Below are positions 47,420 to 60,759 of a DNA stretch of 64,000 nucleotides, piece after piece. How positions within the stretch are numbered: position 1 is the first letter of the stretch; each line of letters starts with the position of its first letter. Position numbers and translations under genes: made by a program. The DNA is from Vairimorpha necatrix (lineage: Eukaryota): positions 372,001 to 436,000 of the forward strand of contig CP142728.1 in NCBI GenBank assembly GCA_036630325.1, given 5' to 3'. The notes beneath the pieces were generated by a model. It did not search any database. It was not told the DNA's origin and saw only the letters and a program-made list of their open reading frames with translations.

Positions 47420-48265
47420 TACTAAGCATTAATGGCTTCACACAACAATCAAATATTTTATGCCCGATTAATTTTGCCTTTTAGTTATAAGTAATATTTT
47501 ACTTTTGCTTCTCGAAGTGTTTTTTTATTATCAGTCAATATATTTACACGTTTGAATCCTAATTATATATAAATTTTGCTCTAAATCGAATTTATTTGCA
47601 CAACTTTTATCTTTGCAAAATTAATATGTATTAAATCAATTTCCGAATTGATTTTCAATGTTTCATATTTAAAGATTCAATTTCAAAATATAATAGAAAA
47701 TGCAAAAATTAAAAAAATTTACTATATTTTATTAGAATCAACATTTTATATAAATTTTTCAAATTTATACATATAATATCTGATAACCCCCGTAAAGTGC
47801 TTTTAATCCTTTTTTAATATTTTAGTTATTAAAACTTTTCTTAAATTTTAATCACACCACGTAAATATTTTTGATTCGTAGTAATTCATTCTTTTAGACC
47901 ATTTTAATATCTGTGTTTGGACAATGCAATTAAGATTGATTATTCGTATCATTTATATCATTTTTTTTGATAAATTGATTGGTTAATTTGAAAATTCGAA
48001 TAGTAGGATACACTCTTAACACATTAATTATATTTATTAGTAGATTCAGATATCACTTGCATAGAATAGTTACTTTCATTATTCTTTAAACTAGATAAAT
48101 GCATCAAATTTATTAATCTTTATTCTTCTTAAAAAAAAATTAATATGATCTATTGCCCGTTGATTACGATTGTGTTCTGGTTTTAATTTTTAAATAATTC
48201 GCTATTAATAAATCCAGCCTACAATATTCAAGTGTTTATAACTACATAAAACAATTATACATCAT
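47420..48265 (-). pseudogene. Decayed sixth paralog of the SP+NLS family
   Basis: Minus-strand fragments appear in the family's order and approximate spacing: ATG ~48265, VQTQILKW (~47900), FNFCIFYYILKL (~47680-47715) and NILTDNKKTLRE (~47500-47545). There are many stops. Confidence 0.55.
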
Positions 48266-51200
48266 ATGAATAATAGTTTTCAATACAAATACATAAATTT
48301 AAAAAAATATAGAAATTAAAAGCAAAAAAAAACGAGGGATAATATTTATTGATGTTTATTTTAAATCTGCACTAAGTTTTAACAAGTACATTTTTAAAAA
48401 TATCTACTAGAATAGGTACTTGTAAGAAAAAATTACAAGCATTTTATGATTCATCAAGAACCGACTTTAGCCATTTATCACTCTAATTGTTACTATTATA
48501 AAGGTATGCCTGAATAGACCAAAAATGGTTGTCCACGGCGATTTCTATAAGATTCGTGGTCTATCATCTTCAAATTTTTTGAATTTAAGAATTTATGAGA
48601 GACATGTATTATATGCCAGAGAAATATTAAGTCGTTATTTAAAAAAATAAAATTCCATATGAGGCATAAAGGCCATTTAATTTTTTATATAAGATACCCT
48701 TTACCGGGCATGATAGACTACAGAATATAAATAGAAAAGATTATAATCCATTTTATAAAATTTATAACCGCAACAAAAAGTTTTTTACGAGACAAAATCA
48801 ATACAGTAGACAGAAAGAAAGCATTTCGTTGAAGCATCAATGTATGAGTCAAAAAAATTAATTCCGCGTCACACAACTGCTTCTGTGCGATAATTAAATT
48901 GTGATAAGAACCAAGACTCTTCAAATCATTCCAGGTGGAATATAAATATAATCAATTTGGTTCACTATCGCTACATGGACTGATTCGCAATGATAAATTG
49001 TATTTACATTATTCTCTTAAAAAATAAATTTTTTTCATACAAAAAAGGCATTTGAATTAAGGTCATCAAAATGCAAAAAAGATGTACGAAAACATAGAAT
49101 GTTCATTTCTGTTTTTTTTAATGTCTAAAGGCCCTTGTATATTGATATAAATTTAATACTACATGCATTTAATTGTCTTTTATTGTATATCTTCTCAGGG
49201 ATAAATATGATTTATTTTTGTATAATTTTTTACTTACTAATTACTTTTCACAAGATGCACCCACAATCTCTTTTGACAGTTTCCGTAACTCCTTCTGAAG
49301 TCAATACATTGGGTTCTTGAATTTTCCTCCTAGTTCATTATTAAGCCTATGTCTGATTGAAATAGTTAGGCTTTTCAAAATCATTTACAGAACTCTTGTC
49401 TGTATATATGCGTTCTTTCTGGTTATAATTGAAGCTTTTTAATATGCACGTGGTCAAAATATCTACTATTTCATCTCAAGTCAAGCAAGGAATAATTTAT
49501 TAACTCCAAAAAATTTTGTTTACACCTAAATTAAGGCCAATGCAAGGGATCACCAAGTATTTTCTTCAATGCTGTCTAATATATAATGGATACAAAGAGT
49601 TTAAAACTCTATATTTTTGCAAAAAGAGCCAATACTCTTTTCGTTTCTCCGTATGATATTTTCGGGGACTTTAGTCTCGAGATCTGTTGAGCTATGCATA
49701 GGATAAGTTACAACTCCTATTTGAGAGAAAAAAGAGGTATTTACAGGGTAATTTTTATGTTTTGGAATAAATGTATTTATAATCACGAGAGTACAAATAA
49801 AAATTAAAAACAAATTTGTATAAGTATTATTACGTTTATTTTGTCTTGTATGTTTTTAGATTATAAAAAGGTTAAAATCTGTTGATTAAAATTAAAGCAT
49901 GAGTGTTGGCAAGAGAAAAACATAGTCTTAGATTCGAGAATATCTACAATACAAATATTTAGCTGTACAATTTTAGTGCGAATTTATTTGGGTCACTAAT
50001 TTTTTTTAATTTGTACTTTATCATTTTCAAAAAAATGAAAAGCAGGTTGGTGACAAAAATTATTAGTAATTTTACATATGATGCTACAAAAAAAAATATT
50101 TTAATGATATAAATTTATTTGTAATGTAGATTTTTGAGGAATGAAAAATTTAACAATAAGTATACAAACCATTGAAATGTAGTCTTTTATTTACTGCGGT
50201 TTATTTGTTTTGTAAAGAGATTCATATAAAAAATATTCTTCTGAAATAAAGTCATTGAAAACAAAAAAATCGATCGGAAATGGACAACTAAAAACATTTT
50301 TTTCATTCTAAAATGGTTAAATTTTACAAAAAATGCAAGGAATTTGTCGACTTTTCTTAAGATGAAGTATGAATTTAAAAATGAGTAATATGAAATTATA
50401 TTTATAATTTTTTTATATTTTTAATGGGGAAAGTAGCTAATAAATTTGTTCCCGGCTGCTCACGGGGTTTAAAATTTTTTTTAAGGTTGTAAAAACAATC
50501 CAAAATGAGTCTAAAGTTTACTTTTGCGCAAATTTTATTACATTTTTAAAAGAAAATTTTTTTCTTTTATTCACTTGAGCAACTGTAAAAATTACACTTC
50601 AAAATAAATTTTTTTTAAGTTTAATAATAACTATGTCGTGACGTATTTTGAAATTTCCCGAAATAAATGAACTTAAGTGTGATTAAAAATGTAAATTAAG
50701 GGGAAAAACGCTTTATTTTTATTTTTCGAAGCAAACTATTGCTTAAATTATAATATCATTTTCTAAACATCAATACTTATCTACTATACTAAATATACAT
50801 GCCCATGGAAAATAATATATTTCATAAGAAGTAAAAGGTATATATTATTCTGATATTTAGAAATTCTATGAAAAGGGCCTTAAATTCAATGTTTTTTAGC
50901 ATGTTGAAATCTAAATAAGTATTTTTTGTGATAATTTTTTTATACTTAACATTCTTTATATTCGTGGATTCATAAAAACATTAAAGATGGTACATATTTA
51001 AAAATATAAATAATGTATTCAGCATAAGTTTTTTTTTTGCTTAGAAAAAACATCATTTTTAATTAAGTATCCAATTCAACCTTTTAAAATAAGTAGTACA
51101 ATTAAATATATCCAGAATTTAAAACTTTCTTTGAAAGTACTAGTTATATACTTGTTAAACTGTTTCAAAGGCTGTTAACATCGCGCCCAAATAATTACAA

Positions 51201-51673
51201 ACACGTTAAAAGCTTTTAACGAACAGGCTTAAAAACTATTTTTCTGACTAGACATATAATGTACAATGGCCTTCTCGTAGAAAAAAAATCGTTTTGAGTA
51301 TATATGATATTTTTTGTCTCTAAAAAAACAGGCAAGTTATGTAACGTTAATTACAAAGAATTTTTTTTGAAAAATTATTTTTTATAAACTACAATATGAA
51401 TTAAACCTTATTAATAATTGCAGATATATTAATAAAAAAAAACCGTTTAAATTTTTTTAATTTAAATATAATTGCGTTCTAAGTATTATATTTAAAAGTA
51501 AAAAAATAAAAATAACATTCAATTAAAAATTTCTTATCTACATATATTCAAAGATTATCAACCCCCCCTCCCGAAATTTATGAAATTCTTTATTTCGCTT
51601 TTAAAATGAATGCATATTCGTTTTTTATGATCTAATTACACAAAAATTAAAAGACAAGTAGTTTTAATGTTTT

Positions 51674-52618
51674 TTACCCGTACTTAAATATAAGTACTTT
51701 AAGATTTAACACAATATTCGAACATACCGTATATATTTCGTTCAAGGATCTAAAGAGGGAATCCAATTTTTGATAAGTTTTGCCTAAGATTTCTTTTCCA
51801 TCGTTTGTCAATGAAAAATTAAAACTTCTCTCCAAAGCATATTCGAGAGATTTAAAATTTTCAAGCAGCTGGAATTTTTTGAACAAAACATTTAGTCTTA
51901 TAGGCAGGGTGCTATAATTCGAAATTAATTTCATAGAATGATATTTATAATGCAAATAAAAGGGGCTTATTTTCTTTATATAGTCGAAGCAGTATTTAAA
52001 AAAAAGTAACTGTTCAAGTATCAATTTTTTTGATACTTCATCCTTAGCTACAAAAAATATAAAGCTCTCAATTTTTGTTAAATTACAATCTAGCTCGCCG
52101 TAAAAACTAAAAAAATGTCCATATATTATTTTCATGTTATTAATGTGCATTTTGACTTCATATACATTGTTATGGCAATTTTTTAGTGTATAGGGCCATT
52201 CCAGAAGATCATCATCGAAATCCCATTGGTCAATTTGATTATTTAAAATTTCTAAATCTGATTTAAATGTTTCATCATTTATTGGACGCTTTTCTTTATT
52301 TTTGTCTTGATTGTATTTATGAGACTGCAATTTTGTATTCTCACATGTACTTTTATCACATATGTTAACATATTCGTTGTTTGGAGAATGTTTTCGTTTG
52401 AGAAGAAACCTTTGTGTCGAATCTCCATTGTTAAAAGACTTAGACACATTTAATAATATTTTTCTCTTTTTCAACGGAAGATTTCCCTCGTTTTTTTCAG
52501 CATTGGGTACGGATTCGTAGTTATTATCTTGTAATGCTATCTGTGTATTGGGCGCATTTGATTCGGTTTTTTTATTTAACTTTTGAGTACAGGATATGAA
52601 AAAAATGTATTGAATCAT
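51674..52618 (-). CDS. Paralog 3 of the SP+NLS family
   Basis: Start context CCCCACA-ATG. Motifs MIQYIFFISCTQ, LPLKKRK, QWDFDD, FFKYCFDYIKKISP, LPIRLNVL and LTNDGK. Confidence 0.88.
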   Translation of the reverse strand: MIQYIFFISCTQKLNKKTESNAPNTQIALQDNNYESVPNAEKNEGNLPLKKRKILLNVSKSFNNGDSTQRFLLKRKHSPNNEYVNICDKSTCENTKLQSHKYNQDKNKEKRPINDETFKSDLEILNNQIDQWDFDDDLLEWPYTLKNCHNNVYEVKMHINNMKIIYGHFFSFYGELDCNLTKIESFIFFVAKDEVSKKLILEQLLFFKYCFDYIKKISPFYLHYKYHSMKLISNYSTLPIRLNVLFKKFQLLENFKSLEYALERSFNFSLTNDGKEILGKTYQKLDSLFRSLNEIYTVCSNIVLNLKVLIFKYG

Positions 52619-55600
52619 TGTGGGGTTTATAATTATCTACTAAAAATGTAAAACTATAAAAAAATATATAAGAGACGAGCTAAAAGAAAAAGCGCTATAT
52701 GTTTATTGATGATACATATATAAAGATTTGTTATTACACTATGTATGTAAGAAAACTTAACATATAATAAGGATCATATTGGATTAAATTTTTATTAGAT
52801 CAATTAAGTAATGTATTTTAGTTACAATATTTTTAGAAAATTCAACAATATTTATGAGTATCTAAATCAAAATGGTCAAAAAATTGTTCATGGTATTTGA
52901 TCTTATTTTTGACATTGATGGTCGATGTCATACGAAATGATCAAAAAAATTATATGATCATAGATAACTTGAGATATGAGTAAAAATACAAATAAAAACA
53001 AATTATTAGCAAAGCTTTTAATTTAAATCATATTTAGTAAATTAGAACATGTTTTGGATGAATATTCCAGTTCTTATTTTATAAATATTTAATATTGAGC
53101 TAAAAGGACAATATGTTTCGAATTCACCTTTCTGTCTGAAAACTTTTAACCGCAAAAAATGAAGTTCAGAAAAAATAAGAACCAAGATTTTCTCTATAAT
53201 TAATGAGCATTAACTATAAGTAAATAACCGCATAAAAATTAAAATAAAATAAATTAAAATCAAATTAATTGTAATAACATAAATATAAACTCGTCAAACA
53301 GGCTTTTATGAAAGCATCCCGAAAAATTAATTTTTTTTAGATCCTAAGATGCACGTTTTCGTATTCTATTTTTAGTTTGTATTCGGTTGCAACGTTTATT
53401 TATAATTCTTGAAGAAATTTATAGTAATCTCTTATTTTATTCTATTTTTATAATACAGTTTATGTTTTTCTATTTGATACTTTTCATTTTCTTTTAAATG
53501 AAAAAAAAATATCAATAAACGAAATTGGGATCGAAAGCCAAGTTATTTTTTGTAATAGTGTATAAAATCAAGTAATAGTTTTTTCTGATATATTATATTT
53601 ATTTTGTGTTTTTTGCTGCTCGAAAATACTTAAATTATTTTTGATTCTAACTGTCCTAATTGTGGCCTAAAAAACACGGGGCTTTACTCCTCTCAAAATT
53701 GGAAAATACGGGATCAGAAGCGAGATTGAAAAGCGAGGACTTTGAACAAACTTATCTCGCCTTGGAGATAAAATAAGCGATAATAAATAAAACACTGATA
53801 AATGTAAAACATAACATATTCTCTATATATTTTTAAAATGATAAGAATAGTAAAAAGATGATTTTTAGCTTATTAATTAATTATTCAATTTTTGCTTTTA
53901 TATTTTAAAAGGCGGGACAAATGAGTATATATTGTATTCTTCTCGATAATATTGTATCAATGTTTTTTAGCAAAAAATATAAAGATTTTTATTCATAATC
54001 TAGCTTTTGATGCAAAAATAAGAAGTCTAAATATCCATTTATAATATACATTTTAAAATTATTATCGTAATCTAGTAGATTTATAAATCTAAGAATAATA
54101 ATAGAAACAGAGATTCCCAACAACCAGAGATATAATTACTGCCGTTCTACTAAATTGTAATGTCTAGTGGAATTACAAACTAATAATTTTTGTGAACGCA
54201 TTTGACGAATTATATTACAATTAAAAGTTGTTTGAATAAATAAAATCGGCGAAGAGGTAATATGAATTTTTATATAATTCTTAATATAATTACTTCTCTT
54301 GACAGACTCTTTATTGGTTAGTTATCACGCATAAATAAGATCTCCGTTGCAAGCAAAATTTTTGAAATTTCACACAAACATTCAATTATGAGGTTTAGAA
54401 TTCTTAAACTGTCATGTATAAATTAAAGACTTTTTGTTTTTTATATTTTTGCTAATATAACTAAAAAATTCATGTAATTATAGCATACTTTCGGAAATTT
54501 ACACTGTATATCTTAAAGATATTACGATACCTTTTTATTGTATATTATTATATCCCGTTTATATTTGCAAATACAAAGTCTAAAAGCAAAGAAAGTGTAG
54601 ATTTTCATAGATATCGATTTTAAATATTTTTGGATAAAAACATAATAAAAACGAAACAATTTATATACGAAATCCCGATAATTATTTAGCATATCCAAAT
54701 TCTATTTAGTTTAAATGTTAGTAGCTCATCTTGTCCCGGTATCGCTCATGGGATTCAGATCTTCACAGAATATTGCTATTGTGAAATTAAGTTTGATTTT
54801 AGCCTTCAGACTTTTAGCTATATTATTCTTTGTCAGTAGCTATATTATCTATTGACTTATAGCCAAGCTAATTCTTCCCTTGTTGCATTCTTTTGGTCGT
54901 ATTCTGATCGTTGTTCCAAAGAAATAGCTTTATAAGTTTTCTTTAGTACTGATAATTTACGATATATGATATATTTTAATAAATATATATATACTGGAGG
55001 GCCTCGGACGTGAACTTATTCTATTTTTATTTTTTATTTAAAGTATAAGATAATTGAGCATAAACCATATCTAATTTTGTGTGATCTATTTAAATAATCT
55101 CTTTCCATTTATAATAAATTAAAAGTCTTCTTTACAATTGAGCAAAACAGTATGATCCTAACAACATTTAATGTAAAATGCAAAGTTCAATAAATATTAA
55201 GACTTGCTAGATAATACAGAATACTTTATAACTTTATTCGCCCCTATAATACATACGAAAAATCTTAAACATTGGTCTACAAATTACACTACTATAATGA
55301 AATAACATCGATATCTATCAATTTTTCGGCGTGCAATTTTTGTAAAGTTTTTTATAGCAATTGAGCATATGATATATATCTTAATCTTTGTACACATAAA
55401 AAACATACATTTGCATTTTTTTAGTTAAAAACATTGCTCAAATTGCAGAATATGTTCGAAACACTATTCTATAGTGTGGTATCCACCACTGAGGAAAGTA
55501 TGTAAAATGTTTTTATTGTTAATTTTAAACTTTCTTTCCATTACTCCGTACCCCTCTCCAGATAAAATATTTAAATAAATGTTGGAGGGAAAACGGGACG

Positions 55601-56522
55601 AATTTGGAGGGAAAGATTTTAGAAATATATTTTATGATATTTGGTATATCATATATAGAATGAATAAAAACAAAGTTTACTTTCTTATTTTGTTAAAACA
55701 ATTTTTACGTATCCATTACTTATATCTCACGATTAATGATTGATGTTAACTTTATTTACTACAATTATAATTTTTTTTTATAGTTTTTACGTATAATCGA
55801 TATAGTTATATTTGAATCTTTTAACATCACATTTTTTAGTTTGTAGTTTTCTCGATAAATTGAATACAAAATTAATAATTTTACGTTTTTAATAAAAGCT
55901 TTACATTGCCTTTTAAAATTACAGCTTCATATTTAATAAAAATTTTCGATTACTTTATTTAAATTGTCACATTTCCGCTTTTGAGAAATCTTTTCACAAA
56001 CAACACGCTAAAAAAATATCAAATATATAATATCGCCTTATTCTATCAGAACACTGAAATCACAAAACTATATCTTTTAATACACTATCTTACATTATTG
56101 TTGTAAGAAAAGATTTTAGAAATTAGCCAATTAATGCTAATAATTGATTAATAAATTGCCTTTATGTAATATGGATTTATAGTAATGTCAAAAAAATGTT
56201 GCAAATATTTTTGTATTTATATAATAATGTTTATGAACTGTTAAAAAGAAATTACAATTTCATATATCTCCAAAATGATAGAAAAGATGTTCTAAATTGT
56301 ATTTTAGCACAATTGATCTTCTAATCTTGACAAAAAATCGCAACTTATCTAATTCTTTTATCTTATAGTGATTTTTAAAAGGTTCTTTTAAATATTAAGA
56401 TGCAGTGTCTGAAATAAACTTAGGAGGAACGGCCCGAATAAATGCAATAAATTGCATCATCTCGCGCAACAAAATATAGCTTTATAAAAATATGAAAATT
56501 TTAAGTGCCTCTTAAAACTTTT

Positions 56523-57491
56523 TTATTTTTTAAAAAAATGATTCTTTTTTCCATATTTGTCCCTAAGTTTTTTAAGATTTGATACAATATTACTAGAATA
56601 ACGACATATTTGTTTATAATTGTCAAATAAAAGTCTAATTTTGTTTCCGACTACGTTCACTGCATATTTTTCTTTATCTGTCAATAAATTATTACATATT
56701 CTTTCTAAATTATACCTAAAAATTTCAAAATTCTCGTTTAATTTAAATTTGTCATCAAGAATCTTAAGTCTATTAGGAGTCTTTCCATATAATGAAATTA
56801 AAATATGACTATTAAAAATATAACGTTGTTGACTGGGGAGCATATTTTTTATATATTCAATACAATGTTCGAAAAAAAGAAATTGTTTATATAACGATTT
56901 CTTGGGCTTTTCATCCCATGAAATTCTGTGGATAATTTTCTCAATTTTTTTAAGATTAAAGCTTATATTCAGTTTAAACCGGTAAAAAACTCGATTAATG
57001 TAAATTCTATTTTGAAAATAGATTTTGTGTTCCTGTGTTTCCTTATCACAATTTAATTCCATTCCGTCAATTTCGATTTGTTTATCTTCTAAAATCCAAG
57101 TTTTTAATTGATCTTTTAATAATTTTAATGCTGATTTACACACAGAATCATTTTTCTGAATTTTTTCATCTGTCTTGTATATATTTGTTCTCCCGACTTG
57201 TTCTTTTGAAACTTTACATGCTTCCTCTGCATTTTTATTAAAATTGATTCCAGAATAAGAACCTACCGATTCAAAACAATAACATTGTTTTGTAATTGGT
57301 GCATTATTTATTTCCGATAAACTAAATGTTCTTTTCCTTTTTTTTAGTGGAAGGGTTTTCTCATATATAACTTCACTAGTTATCATTTTATTTTGACTAT
57401 ATTTAATTGAAATATTCTCTTGTGCACAATTTGATTTATGTGATTTGTTCAAAATTTCCGTACATATAATATGAAATATATATTTAAACAT
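56523..57491 (-). CDS. Paralog 4 of the SP+NLS family
   Basis: The ATG at 57491 follows CCCACATA. Motifs MFKYIFHIICTE, LPLKKRKR, TW..ED, FFEHCIEYIKNMLP, TPNRLKIL and LTDKEK. Confidence 0.88.
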   Translation of the reverse strand: MFKYIFHIICTEILNKSHKSNCAQENISIKYSQNKMITSEVIYEKTLPLKKRKRTFSLSEINNAPITKQCYCFESVGSYSGINFNKNAEEACKVSKEQVGRTNIYKTDEKIQKNDSVCKSALKLLKDQLKTWILEDKQIEIDGMELNCDKETQEHKIYFQNRIYINRVFYRFKLNISFNLKKIEKIIHRISWDEKPKKSLYKQFLFFEHCIEYIKNMLPSQQRYIFNSHILISLYGKTPNRLKILDDKFKLNENFEIFRYNLERICNNLLTDKEKYAVNVVGNKIRLLFDNYKQICRYSSNIVSNLKKLRDKYGKKNHFFKK

Positions 57492-60400
57492 TATGTGGGT
57501 ATAAAATTTCAATGCATAAAAAAATGCCTCGGATGTGTGTTTAAATGCAATCTAATAGATTATAGCAGAGGAATTGTTTGCGAAATTGAATAAGGATCTT
57601 TACTTTTTATATTTTAACATTAAAATATACGCAGATGGTTGTTCCACCAATCTATTCAAACCAGAAAATAAAAATCACTGAATTAAAACAACTTGATTTT
57701 AGTTAATTTACAAAAAACCAATAAAGATTTTTTTTCACTAACAAAGAATTTCTAAATTTTAATCATTCATAAGATCATATAATTTGTCATTTTTGTTTTA
57801 TTGAACTATATACCTTAAAACTGTAAGTCTTTGAAACAAAAGAATGTGATAAATAAGCAAATTAATATTTTGAAAAACTTTACAATATCTTGTAACAACT
57901 TAATTATTTTCATCAAGTTTCTAATATGATTTTAATTTAACGAGTAATCAAGGTTTTTATAGTGAACTTCTTGAAAAAAAGTTTTGAACAATAAATCTTG
58001 TTAATGTGAATATTTAAAATTATGGCTCGATATAAGCGTGTTACCATATGCAGAATTTTAAGTTATAATGTAATGTTATATTTTGAAGTGTTATTTTTTA
58101 TTTTAGAGGTGTAGAATTTAATTAAGCAAATATGTACAACAGTATTTAGAATATTTTTGTCGGGCATTATGACGTTTTTACCTAATAAAATTCCGTAAAA
58201 AGAAATACCCTTATGTTTTTATACATAAAAATTAATAAGGCTAATATATTAGGTTTTAAATATAAAGTAATTATTTTTAATGACGATTATAAGCCTCTTT
58301 ATTATTTTTTCCATTTTCAACAGCATTTCTTTTCTTATAAACAGCGGTTTTGATATTTATAAAAAAATTTATGTTTTTGCTATTGCTACTACTCATTGAA
58401 CTATATACTGAGTATAGATTTTTTCTGTATTATATAAAAAATCTATGAATTTTTGGAAACTAGATTTATAGCCTAGTCTATCTAATTAAGACAACAAATA
58501 ATCGATTACGCTTCATAGTACATAAAATTTTAGGTCATCGCTAAAACGTCTAAAAACTATGCGTTTTAATTAGCTTGTTTTAACTCAGACTAAAAAGTAT
58601 TTATGAGTTTAGTTTTATTTTACATTCAGTGGCTTTTTGTTCTTTTAAACAAAGAATATAAATATCTACATACCATCGGCGTAAATAAACAACTTTAATT
58701 TTTGTACTAAATGTCTTGCAGCGCAGGCAAAAATAATAATAATATTACATATGATAAAAAAATTAGAATTGTATGCACCAGGTGTGCATAGCTACACCAA
58801 AGAAAAGGCAAATTTGTTCAAAATCTAAAAATATACCACGCATAAAATTTTTAAACCTAAAATTGCTTATTAAAGCATAAAATGTCAATATCATAAATTG
58901 TTTATTTTTGTGTGGCGATTGTTACAATGTCCGAGAACCTTCAAAGCTTTCTATAATAAAAACATTTTAACAAAATAACGTAAATAGGAGTGCATATTTA
59001 TTAGATTACATATGTGGTAATCAAGTCTAAACTATATGTATTTTGAGGATAATATAAACGATATCCCCTGTTTTATATGATTTTAATATTATCATATTAT
59101 TAATTTTTGATCTATAAAAAACTATTTCGAATAAAATTATTGAAAAAACTCATGTGCCAATTAACGTTTTCAGATCTATGTTACTGTAAAGTCTAATTTA
59201 TAAATGACACTTAAGTTGCATGATACGCTTGCATATTATTCTTTTATTGTTAAATTTCAATTGGCTATGTTTTTGTTGTGTCTGTTTTCAACAGCCTCAA
59301 TTCAAAACTTAGATTATATTGTGAAAACAAGTATATAAATATAATAATGCTCATGATTCTCTTATTGCATGTCAATGCCACAATTAAACAACATCTACTT
59401 ATTTTTTATGAAATGATAATTCTGGAAACAAAAATTGATTGCACGGAATAATGTAGTATATATTAGAATATTGTATCTAAGTATTTAAAAATATAAAGAA
59501 AAAGTATCTTATACGTCTACATAACAAAGCAAAATTGTACATGAATCAATCACTTTAAAACAAATCGTCATTAGATAGGCTTATTCCATCGTAGCCAATA
59601 GTCGATATTCTTAATATTGACATGGTGAAATTGATAGCTTATGGAAAAAAAGGGATTCTAGATATAGTTTCATATGTCTGTATCAATTTTGGCTCCTATA
59701 TAGGTTGTCCTCTACTTGTTTTTTGGCCCTGTTGATCGTATTTTCTCTGATTGCTGTTTGTAGTATGCTTCTTATGTATCTATATTCGTTTGTATTCAAC
59801 AACAAAAATTATATAAAACAGATAGTTTGAAAAAAAATTATCGAAAGACAAAAATTGAATAAAAACAAGTCTCTTAAAAACAAACTAGTAATTTTTATGT
59901 TTCACAACAAAAATGGCAATTTTTCATTCATAATTTTTACAAATAAGCATGCAAAACAGTTTTAGCATCTTAAAAAACAAAAATGTTCTTGTACAATTTT
60001 ATGAAGAGGAAAAATAACAAAAAAACTAATCGTGTTTGACAATAGAGAAGTCACTTTAAAGTATTATAACAACATGCAAAGAAAATAATATTGATCTTAC
60101 AATATGGACTGAAAAGTAATATAAATAGAAGATTTTTAGCAACATACTAATATATATAAGACCATTCAACAACCCCTCCCCCGATATAAAGCTTGCAATA
60201 AATAAAATATTCAGAGATAGTATTTTTGTAAAACAAAAAAAACTGAAGAATGACATCATTGTGAAATTTATGAATCTGCAAAGAATTCTGGTCAAAATAA
60301 AAGAATCAAACTTTTATTAATATGTAGCAAGAGTATGAGTACTATAAAATAAAAAGAAGTCATTTTTGAAATATTTTTTGTGTAAATAAGTTCTACAAAT

Positions 60401-60759
60401 TTATAAATTAAAATCAATTATATTTCAATGAAAAACGATACTTTAAAATGGGATCACGATTCTAATAATACCTCACATAATATAAATAAATCTATTCACA
60501 GATTATAAAGTAATAAAAAACCTCCAGCAATAAGTTAAGTTAAATATAAAAATCTATAAATTCTGTAAAAACCCACAAACAAGACGTATTATAAATCTAA
60601 AGCTAAAGACCCAAGTCGTTGAAAGACTATTTAAAGGGAAGTTGTTAGTGCAAAATGACAAAAGTAAAACCTAAAACCCACACATACAATCCCGACAGCT
60701 TATTCGTTAATGATATGAAATTAAAATATTTGTTTATAAGAAAAATTATTTCAAATGGT

